DNA of 64,000 bases, from positions 992,001 to 1,056,000 of the forward strand of contig CAVTRN010000001.1 in assembly GCA_963737155.1 (NCBI GenBank). Direction: 5' to 3'. Positions 8,955-18,218 of the stretch are shown piece after piece. The notes below the pieces were generated by a model, which saw only the letters and a list, made by a program, of their open reading frames with translations, ran no database searches and was not told where the DNA came from. The first letter of the stretch is position 1, and every line of letters begins with the position of its first letter. This stretch comes from Nitrospirota bacterium. GTDB lineage: Bacteria > Nitrospirota > UBA9217. The position numbers and the translations under genes are program-made.

Positions 8955-11420
8955 ATGGACATCAAAGAACGAGAAGTGAAGATTTCCGATCTCCGGCATG
9001 TGTGCGACCCCATGGATTTCCCCTTTCAGACCACGGCGGAACTGACGCCGAAGGGAGAGGTTATCGGCCAGGCGCGGGCTGTTAAGGCGATAGAATTCGG
9101 CCTTTCCATCCGAAACCATGGATACAATATATTCGTTAGCGGGATCCCGGGCACCGGCAGGAACAGCATCGCCAAGGCCCTGGTCAAACGGATCTCGCTT
9201 GATCGTCCGGTGCCGGACGACTGGTGCTTGGTCAACAACTTCAAGGACACTGACCGGCCTCTAGCCGTCAAGCTTCCACCCGGTAAGGGCCGTGAGTTCC
9301 GGCAGGACATGGGGAAATTCATCGAGTTCATGCAGGGTGAAATCTCCAAGGTTTTTGAGTCCAAGGAGTACGAGGAGCAGAAATCGCGTATCGTGGAGGA
9401 GGCGGAAAAGGCCAAAGAAGTCCTTTTTGCCGATGTGGGGCGACGTTCGCTCGAGCTTGGTTTCCAGCTGTCGATTACACGCACCGGGATCGTCAAGGTC
9501 CCTCTGTGGAAAGGCAAACCACTCCAGCCACAGGAGCTGGAAAACCTTTCAGCGGAGCAGAAGCACGAGCTGGAGGATCATGAGAAGCAGGTCGACGCCG
9601 AAATCCGTGACTTCCTGGCCAAGACCCGACAGCTCGACAAGGAGGCCCACGAAAAGATCCACGAACTGAACCGGAACATCGCCCACTTCGCTATGGGCCA
9701 CCAACTTGACGACCTGAGAGAAAAGTACAGCATCGATCCCCGCATCCCTGATCACCTTTCCGACGTCGAAGAAGATATCCTTGGCAACCTCCGAGAATTC
9801 CTCGGCCAGACCCAGGAAATGCCCTTCCCGATCGAGGGCATGGACCGGGCGAGCTTCATGGACCGCTATAAAGTGAACCTGCTCGTGGACAACGCCGAGA
9901 CCAAGGGCGCGCCGGTGATTGAGGAGGTGAACCCTACCTACAACAACCTTGTGGGCCGCATCGAGCGGAAAGCGCGTTTCGGTGCCTTTTATACCAACTT
10001 CACCATGATTCGAGCCGGCTCGGTGCTCAGGGCAAATGGTGGGTACTTGATATTGAACGCTCTTGATGTTCTCCGGAACCCCTTTTCCTGGGATGCTCTC
10101 AAGAGGATCATCAAGAAGAGTGAAGTCAAGATCGAAGACGTGACTGAGCTTTACGGATTTACTAGCGGTGGCATTAAGCCCGAGTCAATCCCTCTTTCGC
10201 TCAAGGTTATCATGCTCGGGAGCCCGTGGCTGTATTATCTGTTGAATTATTATGACGAGGATTTCCGCGATATTTTTAAGGTAAAATCCGATTTCGACAC
10301 GGAAACCACAGGTTCCTGGGACGAAAAAACGCGCTATGCGAATTTCATCGGCGCCATGGTGAAGAACGACGGTCTTCTGCCCTTCGACAGGACCGCAGTG
10401 GCGGGGATAGTGGATCACGCGGTGCGGCTTACCGAGAAACAGAACAAGCTTTCGCTTCGTTTCAGCGACTTGACGGACCTGGTGCGCGAGGCTTCATACT
10501 GGTCGTCGCAATCGGGAAGCGCGACGGTGACTGCCGAACATGTAGACAAAGCGTTGAACGAAAAAATATTCCGATCAAATCTGATCGATGAGCGCATCCA
10601 GGAGATGTACACGGAAGGGACGCTCATGGTCGATGTAACCGGGTCGGTCGTAGCCCAGGTGAATGGGCTGTCGGTATACGGCATCGGGGATTTCTTTTTC
10701 GGCAAGCCCTCGCGGATTACAAGCCGGATCTATCTCGGCAAGTCCGGCATCGTCAATATCGAACGCGAGGCAAAACTTTCGGGTCGCATCTACAACAAGG
10801 CCGCGCTTATTCTGTCGAGTTATCTCGGCGGAACATACGCACAGGAAAGGACTCTTTCGGTCTCGGCGACCCTTGCATTCGAGCAGAGCTATGGCGAGAT
10901 CGAGGGGGACAGCGCTTCGGCAGCCGAACTCATTGCGCTGATTTCCGGAATCGCAGAAGTGCCGGTAAAGCAGAATCTGGCCATTACCGGGTCGATGAGC
11001 CAGAAGGGAGAGATCCAGCCCATCGGCGGGGTGAATGAAAAGATTGAAGGATTTTTCGGCGTGTGCAAAAATCGGGGCCTTACGGGCGACCAGGGGGTGA
11101 TCATCCCGCAGTTGAACATCAAGAACCTGATGTTGAAAAAAGAAGTCATCGAGGCTGTCCGGGAAGGCAAGTTTCATGTGTACGCTGTCACGAACGTCAA
11201 TGAGGCGCTGGAAATTCTCATGGACCTTCAGGCCGGTGAGCGCAATGAGGCTGGCGTCTGGCCCGAGGGTACGATCAATTTTCTGGTGGACAAGCGGCTC
11301 AAGGAGATGTCAAGAAAGATGAAGGCCGACGACAAGGGAGAGGGGAAGGAAAAAGAGAAGAAAGAGGAAAACAATGATGAGGCTGCTCCGAAGAAAAGTC
11401 CTCCGCAGGAGCCTTCGTAG
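8955..11420 (+). CDS. lonC: LonC-type Lon-like protease
   Basis: GQARA start, degenerate Walker A GIPGTGR, coiled coil, GDSAS and GGVNEKIEGF Ser-Lys dyad; RBS AGGAGG before 8955. Confidence 0.85.
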   Translation: MDIKEREVKISDLRHVCDPMDFPFQTTAELTPKGEVIGQARAVKAIEFGLSIRNHGYNIFVSGIPGTGRNSIAKALVKRISLDRPVPDDWCLVNNFKDTDRPLAVKLPPGKGREFRQDMGKFIEFMQGEISKVFESKEYEEQKSRIVEEAEKAKEVLFADVGRRSLELGFQLSITRTGIVKVPLWKGKPLQPQELENLSAEQKHELEDHEKQVDAEIRDFLAKTRQLDKEAHEKIHELNRNIAHFAMGHQLDDLREKYSIDPRIPDHLSDVEEDILGNLREFLGQTQEMPFPIEGMDRASFMDRYKVNLLVDNAETKGAPVIEEVNPTYNNLVGRIERKARFGAFYTNFTMIRAGSVLRANGGYLILNALDVLRNPFSWDALKRIIKKSEVKIEDVTELYGFTSGGIKPESIPLSLKVIMLGSPWLYYLLNYYDEDFRDIFKVKSDFDTETTGSWDEKTRYANFIGAMVKNDGLLPFDRTAVAGIVDHAVRLTEKQNKLSLRFSDLTDLVREASYWSSQSGSATVTAEHVDKALNEKIFRSNLIDERIQEMYTEGTLMVDVTGSVVAQVNGLSVYGIGDFFFGKPSRITSRIYLGKSGIVNIEREAKLSGRIYNKAALILSSYLGGTYAQERTLSVSATLAFEQSYGEIEGDSASAAELIALISGIAEVPVKQNLAITGSMSQKGEIQPIGGVNEKIEGFFGVCKNRGLTGDQGVIIPQLNIKNLMLKKEVIEAVREGKFHVYAVTNVNEALEILMDLQAGERNEAGVWPEGTINFLVDKRLKEMSRKMKADDKGEGKEKEKKEENNDEAAPKKSPPQEPS

Positions 11421-11516
11421 CGGCTGGACCGGCGTGGTCAGAAAAGACCGAGGGGCAATAATATCGAAAAAAGCTTTGCTGGACATTCTTCGAAACTCGC
11501 AACATTTTACCCAGAT

Positions 11517-12935
11517 ATGAAATCTGCGATGCAAACATACTTGTCCGAGCTTTTCCCGCTTACCGCTCAATCTCTTTATCTCGTGGGAGGATCTGTTCGC
11601 GACCTGATTATGGGCAGGAATGACATCAAGGATATTGACATCCTCATGCCTTCCCATGCGGAAAAAGCAGCGAGAACATTCGCAGGCATGATCGGTGGAA
11701 GCTTTTTCTTTCTCGATGAAAAAAGAAAGATCTCACGCGTCGTCAAACAAAGCGATCATGAGGTCATACAGTTCGATTTTGCGAACTTCGAAGGGTTCGA
11801 TTTGAAAGCCGATCTAGGCAGACGGGATTTCACCATCAATGCCATGGCGCTTGATTTGCGGGAGTTCATCGCGAAAAAAACGATAAAGGGATTGATCGAC
11901 CCCTTTTCCGGGAGAGATGACATTCACAACAGGCTGGTTCGCATGGTAAAGCCTGAAGTCCTAGACGAGGATCCGCTTAGACTGCTGCGCGCAGCGCGAT
12001 TTGGTGCCACGCTTGGCTTCAACATTGAAAGATCGACGGCAGACCATATCAGGAGGCGTTCCGCGTTCATGAACAGGCCCGCGCCGGAGCGAATCCGGGA
12101 CGAGTTCTTTCTGATTCTGGCAGAAAAGCATGCCGATAAAAATCTCATGCTGCTTGATTCCCTCGGTATCCTGACGGTGATCCTGCCCGAGCTCGAACCG
12201 CTTCGCGGTTTTGCACCCGGCTTTTACCATAGCCACGATGTACTGACCCATTCTATCAAGACCGCAGGATATATCGATGCCGTCCTCGATGAGTTGCGCG
12301 ATTTCCCCCCTCTCTATGCCGGTTCGATGCGAAGCCATATTGAGGAGCATCTCGAACACCTGATACCGCGGATAGCAGCGCTTCGATTCGCCTGTCTCCT
12401 GCACGACATGGCAAAGCCCCAAACATTTACCGACGCGAGCGGCCACATCCGTTTTCACGGTCACGACAATCTCGGCGCCGAGAAGTGCAAGTTCGTGTGC
12501 CGGCGTCTCAGGCTGTCGCGAAATACCGAAGCATTGGTCTGCCGGGTTATAAAATTCCATATGCGTCTCTTTAGCCTTTCAACGCCGGGAAGCCCGAGCA
12601 GAAATGCGATGTACCGCTACTGCCGCGATATGGGGGACTCGCTTCCAGAGAGCCTCCTTCTCGCGCAGGCTGACGCCAGTGCAACTTCTGAAATAATGCC
12701 GAAGGAAAAATTCAGGGACACGCGAAAAACCATGGCAACGGTGCTAGAATACTATTATGCGAAATTCCTGAAAGTCGAATCTGAACCGCTCGTGACCGGC
12801 AATGATTTGATCAGACTGGGGCTTGCACCCGGCCCTCGGTTCCGGGAGATCCTGGAGGAGATGAAAGAGCGCCAGACAGAGGGCGTGGTCAGGAATCGGC
12901 AGGAGGCCCTTGACTATCTGAAGGAGTTGAAGTAA
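11517..12935 (+). CDS. Class II tRNA nucleotidyltransferase with HD domain, probably CC-adding type
   Basis: VGGSVRD..DID, RRDFTINAMA, EDPLRLLRAARF, LLHD; flexible loop before RRDF is missing. Confidence 0.85.
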   Translation: MKSAMQTYLSELFPLTAQSLYLVGGSVRDLIMGRNDIKDIDILMPSHAEKAARTFAGMIGGSFFFLDEKRKISRVVKQSDHEVIQFDFANFEGFDLKADLGRRDFTINAMALDLREFIAKKTIKGLIDPFSGRDDIHNRLVRMVKPEVLDEDPLRLLRAARFGATLGFNIERSTADHIRRRSAFMNRPAPERIRDEFFLILAEKHADKNLMLLDSLGILTVILPELEPLRGFAPGFYHSHDVLTHSIKTAGYIDAVLDELRDFPPLYAGSMRSHIEEHLEHLIPRIAALRFACLLHDMAKPQTFTDASGHIRFHGHDNLGAEKCKFVCRRLRLSRNTEALVCRVIKFHMRLFSLSTPGSPSRNAMYRYCRDMGDSLPESLLLAQADASATSEIMPKEKFRDTRKTMATVLEYYYAKFLKVESEPLVTGNDLIRLGLAPGPRFREILEEMKERQTEGVVRNRQEALDYLKELK

Positions 12936-13093
12936 ATTTTTTTTCAGCCTAGAAGACGTACATGAAACTATTGTCGTCAGCTGATCAGCTTTTGCAACAG
13001 TCTTTCAATTTTACATCAGCAATTCTCCCGGCTTTCCTTAGCAGTTTACCGCTCTCAACTCTGCCGTAAAAATTCAATGTATTGAGGAATTGT

Positions 13094-13330
13094 ATGACAA
13101 AAAAATACGAAGACATGGCCGTCGACGAGCTCAAGGTCGAACTCAAACGCCTCAAAGACAACCTCTGCGACACCGAAGATATGCATAATTTCACCTTTGG
13201 CAAGACCACCGTGCATATCGGTGCCGAGAAGGCCCAGAACATGACGCTTGAATACGAACAGGAATGTAGGGCGTATAATGATGAGATCGCGGTGGTCGAG
13301 GAGGCATTGAAGGCGAAGGGAGCACTGTAG
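13094..13330 (+). CDS. Small coiled-coil hypothetical protein
   Basis: RBS GAGG, 78 aa, two amphipathic helices. Confidence 0.65.
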   Translation: MTKKYEDMAVDELKVELKRLKDNLCDTEDMHNFTFGKTTVHIGAEKAQNMTLEYEQECRAYNDEIAVVEEALKAKGAL

Positions 13331-13335
13331 CGCGT

Positions 13336-15291
13336 CTAAAAATGGCTCACGAGTCTATACAGTTCCGGATACTCGTTCTTTACCATCGCGGTCTCTTCGC
13401 GTAACAGCCGCAGCGATTCCGGAAGATGCTTCAGAAAATACTTCTTCCCTTTCACAACTGACAGAAAGCCGTATGCGCCGAGTGCCTGCATATGACGCTG
13501 GAGGCGGCAGGGGATGAGGCTGTCCGAGAAGGTCTTCTTGTTGAATTCTGCCGGGTATTTTCCCCTTTCACTGATGTAATATTCGAGAAGCCGGTCGCGC
13601 ATGGCCTCATCGAGGCGATAATAGGGGTCCCACAAAATGGAGGCGATGTCATAAGCGGCAGGCGCCATCCGCGCGCCCTGAAAATCGATGACCCGGGGCA
13701 TGCCGCCGGAGGTGATTATGATATTCTGACTCTGGAAGTCCCGGTGGATCACGCTTTTGGGGAAGGAATCCACATGCAGCGCGAGACGGCTGAACTCTTT
13801 ATCCAGAGCCACTCCATTCTCCGGCGCTGCCCCCCTTAGGGCGGACACGAACCATTCAAGGAAGTAGCCCGTTTCCCACCGAAGATCGTCATAACCGAAA
13901 ACCCGTGCTTGGAGGATGGGGCATTCATGGACGTGACGGGTGACCCGTCCGTGGAGTTTGATCAGGATATCAAGTATGTTACGGTAGACATCCTCGATAT
14001 GATCGTCATCGTGAGGGAACTTCAGATAGGAGTAGAGGCTGGTATCGCCCAGGTCTTCGAACAGGGCGCGCCGGGCGGGCTCATCCGTTCCGATGAGGCC
14101 GGGCACCGGTACGGTATGGAACTCGAAGAACCGAGTATACACGAGGTGACGATTGTAGTCTGGGTCGTCGGGCCTGCACTCCATGAGCACGGCGGTCTTC
14201 CCGCCATTGCGCACACGGAAGTAGCGCCTGTCCGAGCCTCCGAGCCCAATCAAGATCGCGACTACATCCTCGATGCCATCGAACTGTCCATCCACGCCGA
14301 AGTAGACGGCAAACAGAGAGTCAGACAGCGAGATTTTTTTTTGCTCCCGCGTATTCAGGGAAGGCTGCATTTCCTCTTCCTCGAGGTCAACGACGTAGTC
14401 CGGGCCGAGAATCCTGTTTTCGTGCTTGCCGGAAACCCGCGCGCCGGGCATCACAATGCAGTTCCGGAGGTGTGCCCTATCTTCAATACTGCTTCTCGAT
14501 TCGAGCACCACATATCCGTCAATCCCGATTTTGCCGCAGGCCGCTTCCGGCGATCTATGAACAGTCTCGCCGCTTCCGCGAAGGATATCGAGAACAGCTC
14601 CTACATAGGATTCAGGCGTGCCAATGTCGTTCCAGTACGCACCAGTGCAATCGAAGGCCTGAACCCGGTGTCCCGCCTTGCCCGCATCAAGCCAAGCGAC
14701 GGTGGCATGAGAGACGCCCCGGGGCAGAAAATTCAGAATTTCCGGTGAATAGATGGCAATGCCGGTATAGGCGACCTTACGCGCGATCCGGTCCGGGTCG
14801 GGCCTGGAATGGCCGGGATTTTCAACGTCGAGCACGAGATCGTTATTATCCACAACGACATTGCCCAGCGCGGGATGATGGTGCGTGGCAAGGGTTGCGA
14901 TATTCCTGGATTGTAGGTGTGTCGTGATGAGTTTTTCAAAATCGATATCAAGTAGAATATCTGCGTTATGGACGATGAAAGGACTGCGCGCAAGGAAAGC
15001 TTCCGCGTTTTTCAACGCGCCGCCGGTACCAAGGATAGGATCCTCTGGAAAAAAGCGTATACGGCTGGCGTACTCCGAGTGTTCCGCCCAGTCATGGATC
15101 ATGCCTGATTTGTAATGAAGATTGACGCCGATTTCTCCATCACAAAGGGTATTGAGCTTCTCCAGAATAATCTCGATCAGTGGTTTCCCGAGGACCGGGA
15201 GTAGCGGTTTAGGTATATGGTTCGTGACCGGCCGCAGCCGCTCGCCGAGCCCAGCAGCGGGGAGAAAAATGTTAAGGCGGAATTTGGGCAT
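13336..15291 (-). CDS. Fused sugar-1-P nucleotidyltransferase (MurU-like) and anomeric sugar kinase (AmgK-like)
   Basis: N-terminal AAGLGERLRP..IPKPL; C-terminal GGSDRRYFR, HRDFQSQNI, IDFQGA, QALGAYGFL. Confidence 0.85.
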   Translation of the reverse strand: MPKFRLNIFLPAAGLGERLRPVTNHIPKPLLPVLGKPLIEIILEKLNTLCDGEIGVNLHYKSGMIHDWAEHSEYASRIRFFPEDPILGTGGALKNAEAFLARSPFIVHNADILLDIDFEKLITTHLQSRNIATLATHHHPALGNVVVDNNDLVLDVENPGHSRPDPDRIARKVAYTGIAIYSPEILNFLPRGVSHATVAWLDAGKAGHRVQAFDCTGAYWNDIGTPESYVGAVLDILRGSGETVHRSPEAACGKIGIDGYVVLESRSSIEDRAHLRNCIVMPGARVSGKHENRILGPDYVVDLEEEEMQPSLNTREQKKISLSDSLFAVYFGVDGQFDGIEDVVAILIGLGGSDRRYFRVRNGGKTAVLMECRPDDPDYNRHLVYTRFFEFHTVPVPGLIGTDEPARRALFEDLGDTSLYSYLKFPHDDDHIEDVYRNILDILIKLHGRVTRHVHECPILQARVFGYDDLRWETGYFLEWFVSALRGAAPENGVALDKEFSRLALHVDSFPKSVIHRDFQSQNIIITSGGMPRVIDFQGARMAPAAYDIASILWDPYYRLDEAMRDRLLEYYISERGKYPAEFNKKTFSDSLIPCRLQRHMQALGAYGFLSVVKGKKYFLKHLPESLRLLREETAMVKNEYPELYRLVSHF

Positions 15292-15424
15292 AAAAATGCT
15301 TTGCGATGAACGCCACTAACGACATGACAGAAAATGTTCGGCTTTAAAACCTAGGCTTCAAATTAAACCTGCCCCATTAGCATCAAAAACAGATTGTGGT
15401 ACTTATTCGATACCCTATGAGAAC

Positions 15425-16612
15425 CTACTTGTAGAGCAGGAATTCCCTTCTTGTTTTTTCAAATTCCTTCGCGTCCTCCCTCCACCACGTCGCCAACGTA
15501 TCAAGATCTTTCCATAACTCGATGCCCTTCCTCAGCTTGTCGGAGCCTGCGAGAATATCGATGGGCAGTTTTTTTTCTTCGTACTCATACGGCGGCTCCT
15601 TCCATTTGAAATCCCGGGGATAGGTATCGTGGATCGCCTTCAGGATGGCCACGCCGGTCTTAAAGGGCTGGAACTTTTCGCGGTTCGTCACATGGATCTG
15701 AGCCCCGCCGCAGAGTGTGTGGGCGTGCTTCTGGAACGTGGGTTGGAAATGGACCGGCCGGAACACGACACCGGGAAGCTTGAACTCTTTGAGAACATTA
15801 ATGATAGCATCGGAATGTATGAAGGGCGCCCCAAAAATTTCAAAGGGCCTCGTTGTGCCCCGGCCTTCCGATATGTTCGTTCCTTCCAAAAGGCACATGC
15901 CGGGATAAACTAGCGCTGTATCGAGCGTGGGCATATTAGGAGAGGGGATAATCCATGGAAGCATCGTATTATTGAACCACATCGATCGTATCCAGCCCCG
16001 CATGGGCAAGACGCGAAAATCAAGATCGGGATAGTACTTTCGATGTAGGTAGTTGCCGATTTCGGCGATTGTCATACCGTGGCGGACAGGAAGCGGTTTG
16101 AGTCCGACAAAGGAGGTGTAAGCGGGGTCCAGTACCGGCCCTTCGACGATACGTCCGTTGATGGGATTTGGTCGGTCAAGTACGACTAGCGTTTTCTTGG
16201 TTTCGCGGCATGCCTGCATGCAGAGGTCCATGGTCCAAATGAACGTATAATACCTGCTCCCCACATCCTGCAAATCAATGGCAAGAACATCGCAATGTTC
16301 GAGCATGGAATGGGCGGGCTTCCGCACTTTGCCGTAAAGGCTGAACACGGGCAGTCCCGAGGCCGGATCGCGGAATCCCTCCCATTCAATCATGTTGTCC
16401 TGGGTCTGGCCATGAATGCCGTGCTGCGGGCCAAAGAGTGCGGTGAGGCGGAATTTTTTTGTCCATCGGAACACATCGACTGCGTGTTCGAACCGGCGAT
16501 TAACCGATGCCGGGTGCGCCGCAAGCCCGACGCGAACCCCCTGTAAATTCTTCGGCCACTGCTTTTCAACGAGATCGAGTCCCGTGAGCACCTTGTTTTG
16601 TCTGGTCGACAT
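15425..16612 (-). CDS. namZ: Exo-beta-N-acetylmuramidase NamZ (DUF1343) family
   Basis: LFGPQHG, DLQDVGSRYYT, LDRPNP, SPNMP, SEGRGTTRPFE; start moved to the ATG just behind a promoter. Confidence 0.88.
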   Translation of the reverse strand: MSTRQNKVLTGLDLVEKQWPKNLQGVRVGLAAHPASVNRRFEHAVDVFRWTKKFRLTALFGPQHGIHGQTQDNMIEWEGFRDPASGLPVFSLYGKVRKPAHSMLEHCDVLAIDLQDVGSRYYTFIWTMDLCMQACRETKKTLVVLDRPNPINGRIVEGPVLDPAYTSFVGLKPLPVRHGMTIAEIGNYLHRKYYPDLDFRVLPMRGWIRSMWFNNTMLPWIIPSPNMPTLDTALVYPGMCLLEGTNISEGRGTTRPFEIFGAPFIHSDAIINVLKEFKLPGVVFRPVHFQPTFQKHAHTLCGGAQIHVTNREKFQPFKTGVAILKAIHDTYPRDFKWKEPPYEYEEKKLPIDILAGSDKLRKGIELWKDLDTLATWWREDAKEFEKTRREFLLYK

Positions 16613-16618
16613 GGCCGG

Positions 16619-16647
16619 ATTATAGGGTCTGTAATCATGAATAGCAA
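16619..16647 (-). promoter_or_regulatory. sigma70-type promoter of namZ, leaderless configuration
   Basis: Minus strand TTGCTA-17 bp-TATAAT-6 nt-ATG. Confidence 0.65.
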
Positions 16648-16714
16648 TAGGAAAGTTGACCTCATCCGGGAACAGAAATTGAAAGGAGTTCGTCTCCTCT
16701 ATAATATAATAAAT

Positions 16715-17060
16715 ATTTTTAAGGGCGTCGAAATTGTTCTCAGCGTTGGCCTGGTTCTGGTAGTGTTGGGCGATAGTAAGGACTTCATCCTTAAGAATGG
16801 TGGCCAGCACGGTGCACTCATATTATTTGCAGTTCTGTCGATTTTGACGAAACCGAACTCCGTCAGATTCCTACGTTTCGATTCGATGACAATATCAACT
16901 TTGGGCGCTTGCCGAAGCAGATGATGCGCCACCTTTTCTTCCGCACCCTCCTAGCCAGCTTGCTGCCAACCATTCTGACTAAATTCTTCTCGATGAGCTT
17001 CCGTACGTTTTTAGTGAGCCGTTGCTTGACCAGATAAGGCAGTTCTTCTACTTCCGTCTG
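16715..17060 (-). pseudogene. IS1380-like DDE transposase fragment
   Basis: Frameshifted pieces ELPYLVKQRLTKNVRKLIE, GWQQAG and YECTVLATILKDEVLTIAQHYQNQANAENNFDALKN (decayed Y-x2-R-x3-E-x6-K motif). Confidence 0.65.
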
Positions 17061-17153
17061 GGGCCTGAATACGTTTTTTCATCAAGCTATCAATTCTCTG
17101 TTTATCGGCTTCCAAGATGTTAATGCGGAACCGCTGCTTGAACCTGATAATAA

Positions 17154-17182
17154 TTGACAATGGAGCCATCAAAGAGTATAAT
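17154..17182 (+). promoter_or_regulatory. Consensus sigma70 promoter of the gsp operon
   Basis: Perfect TTGACA-17 bp-TATAAT. Confidence 0.8.
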
Positions 17183-17240
17183 TAAATGATGAAAAAATTT
17201 GAGCGTAAGGCAACTGATACGGCAATACAACGTTAGAATT

Positions 17241-18086
17241 ATGAAAAAAGAAAGATCACTCTATACCCTAGCTTTTGTTGCGCTCCTCACTATTTCCGCG
17301 TATTTTATGGCTGATACAGTGGATGCGATGATTGGACGTAGCTTGAACGCCAATGTCGCGCAGGGGGCTGAGCTGCCGCAGAATCACGATCGTCCAGCCC
17401 TGCAAATGCGCCGTGATATGAGCGCCTATACTTCCATACTGCAGCGCGGGCTCTTTGGTGACGGGACAGTTCCGTCGGCAGGTTCAGGTCCAGGCTCCAG
17501 AGCCGCCGAGGCCCCTACCGTGGACTATAAACTAATCGGGACGGTGGAAGGAGAAGTCTTTGCAGGAGCCGTACTCGAAGACAAGTCAGGCCAGGCCTTT
17601 TACAAAATCAATCAGAAACTTCCCGATGGATCCGCCATGGTGCAGATCATACACGATAAAGTCGTTATCCGTAGATCCGACGGCGCAACTGTCAATCTTG
17701 AGGTCGCCGATGACACCAAGATCGTTGCCGTCCAGCAGCCGGGCGCGGGACTGAAGAGACTTCCGAACGGCAAGTACGTGCTGGACCAGAAAGAAGTGCT
17801 CGCGAGCACGGAGAACATGGGCCAGATTCTGACGCAGGCCCGCGCCCTGCCCTATACCGAGCAGGGAAAAACGGTCGGTTTCAAGATCAGCGAGATAATC
17901 CCGGGCAGCATCTATGAGAAGATCGGTCTTCAGAATGGTGATGTCATTCAGCGGGTCAATTCTCAAGACGTGGATGATCCATCCAAGTTTTTTCAGCTCT
18001 ATCAGGGATTAAAGAATGAATCGAACATCACCATCGATCTGCTCAGGAACGGCCAGCACCAGACATTGAATTATGATATACAGTAA
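17241..18086 (+). CDS. gspC: Type II secretion protein C with PDZ domain
   Basis: N-terminal TM, HR domain (LIGTV), PDZ (GFKISEI..GLQNGDVI). Confidence 0.88.
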   Translation: MKKERSLYTLAFVALLTISAYFMADTVDAMIGRSLNANVAQGAELPQNHDRPALQMRRDMSAYTSILQRGLFGDGTVPSAGSGPGSRAAEAPTVDYKLIGTVEGEVFAGAVLEDKSGQAFYKINQKLPDGSAMVQIIHDKVVIRRSDGATVNLEVADDTKIVAVQQPGAGLKRLPNGKYVLDQKEVLASTENMGQILTQARALPYTEQGKTVGFKISEIIPGSIYEKIGLQNGDVIQRVNSQDVDDPSKFFQLYQGLKNESNITIDLLRNGQHQTLNYDIQ

Positions 18087-18218
18087 TGCTGCGGTTTAGA
18101 TAACCACATCCAGCTTCGGCCAAAATCCAAACAACAGACCGAGCTTTCCATTATCGGCATCCGAGCCGATTTGCTTCGGACTTCGGCATTCAATCTATTC
18201 CTTTTTTCGGAGGACAAG

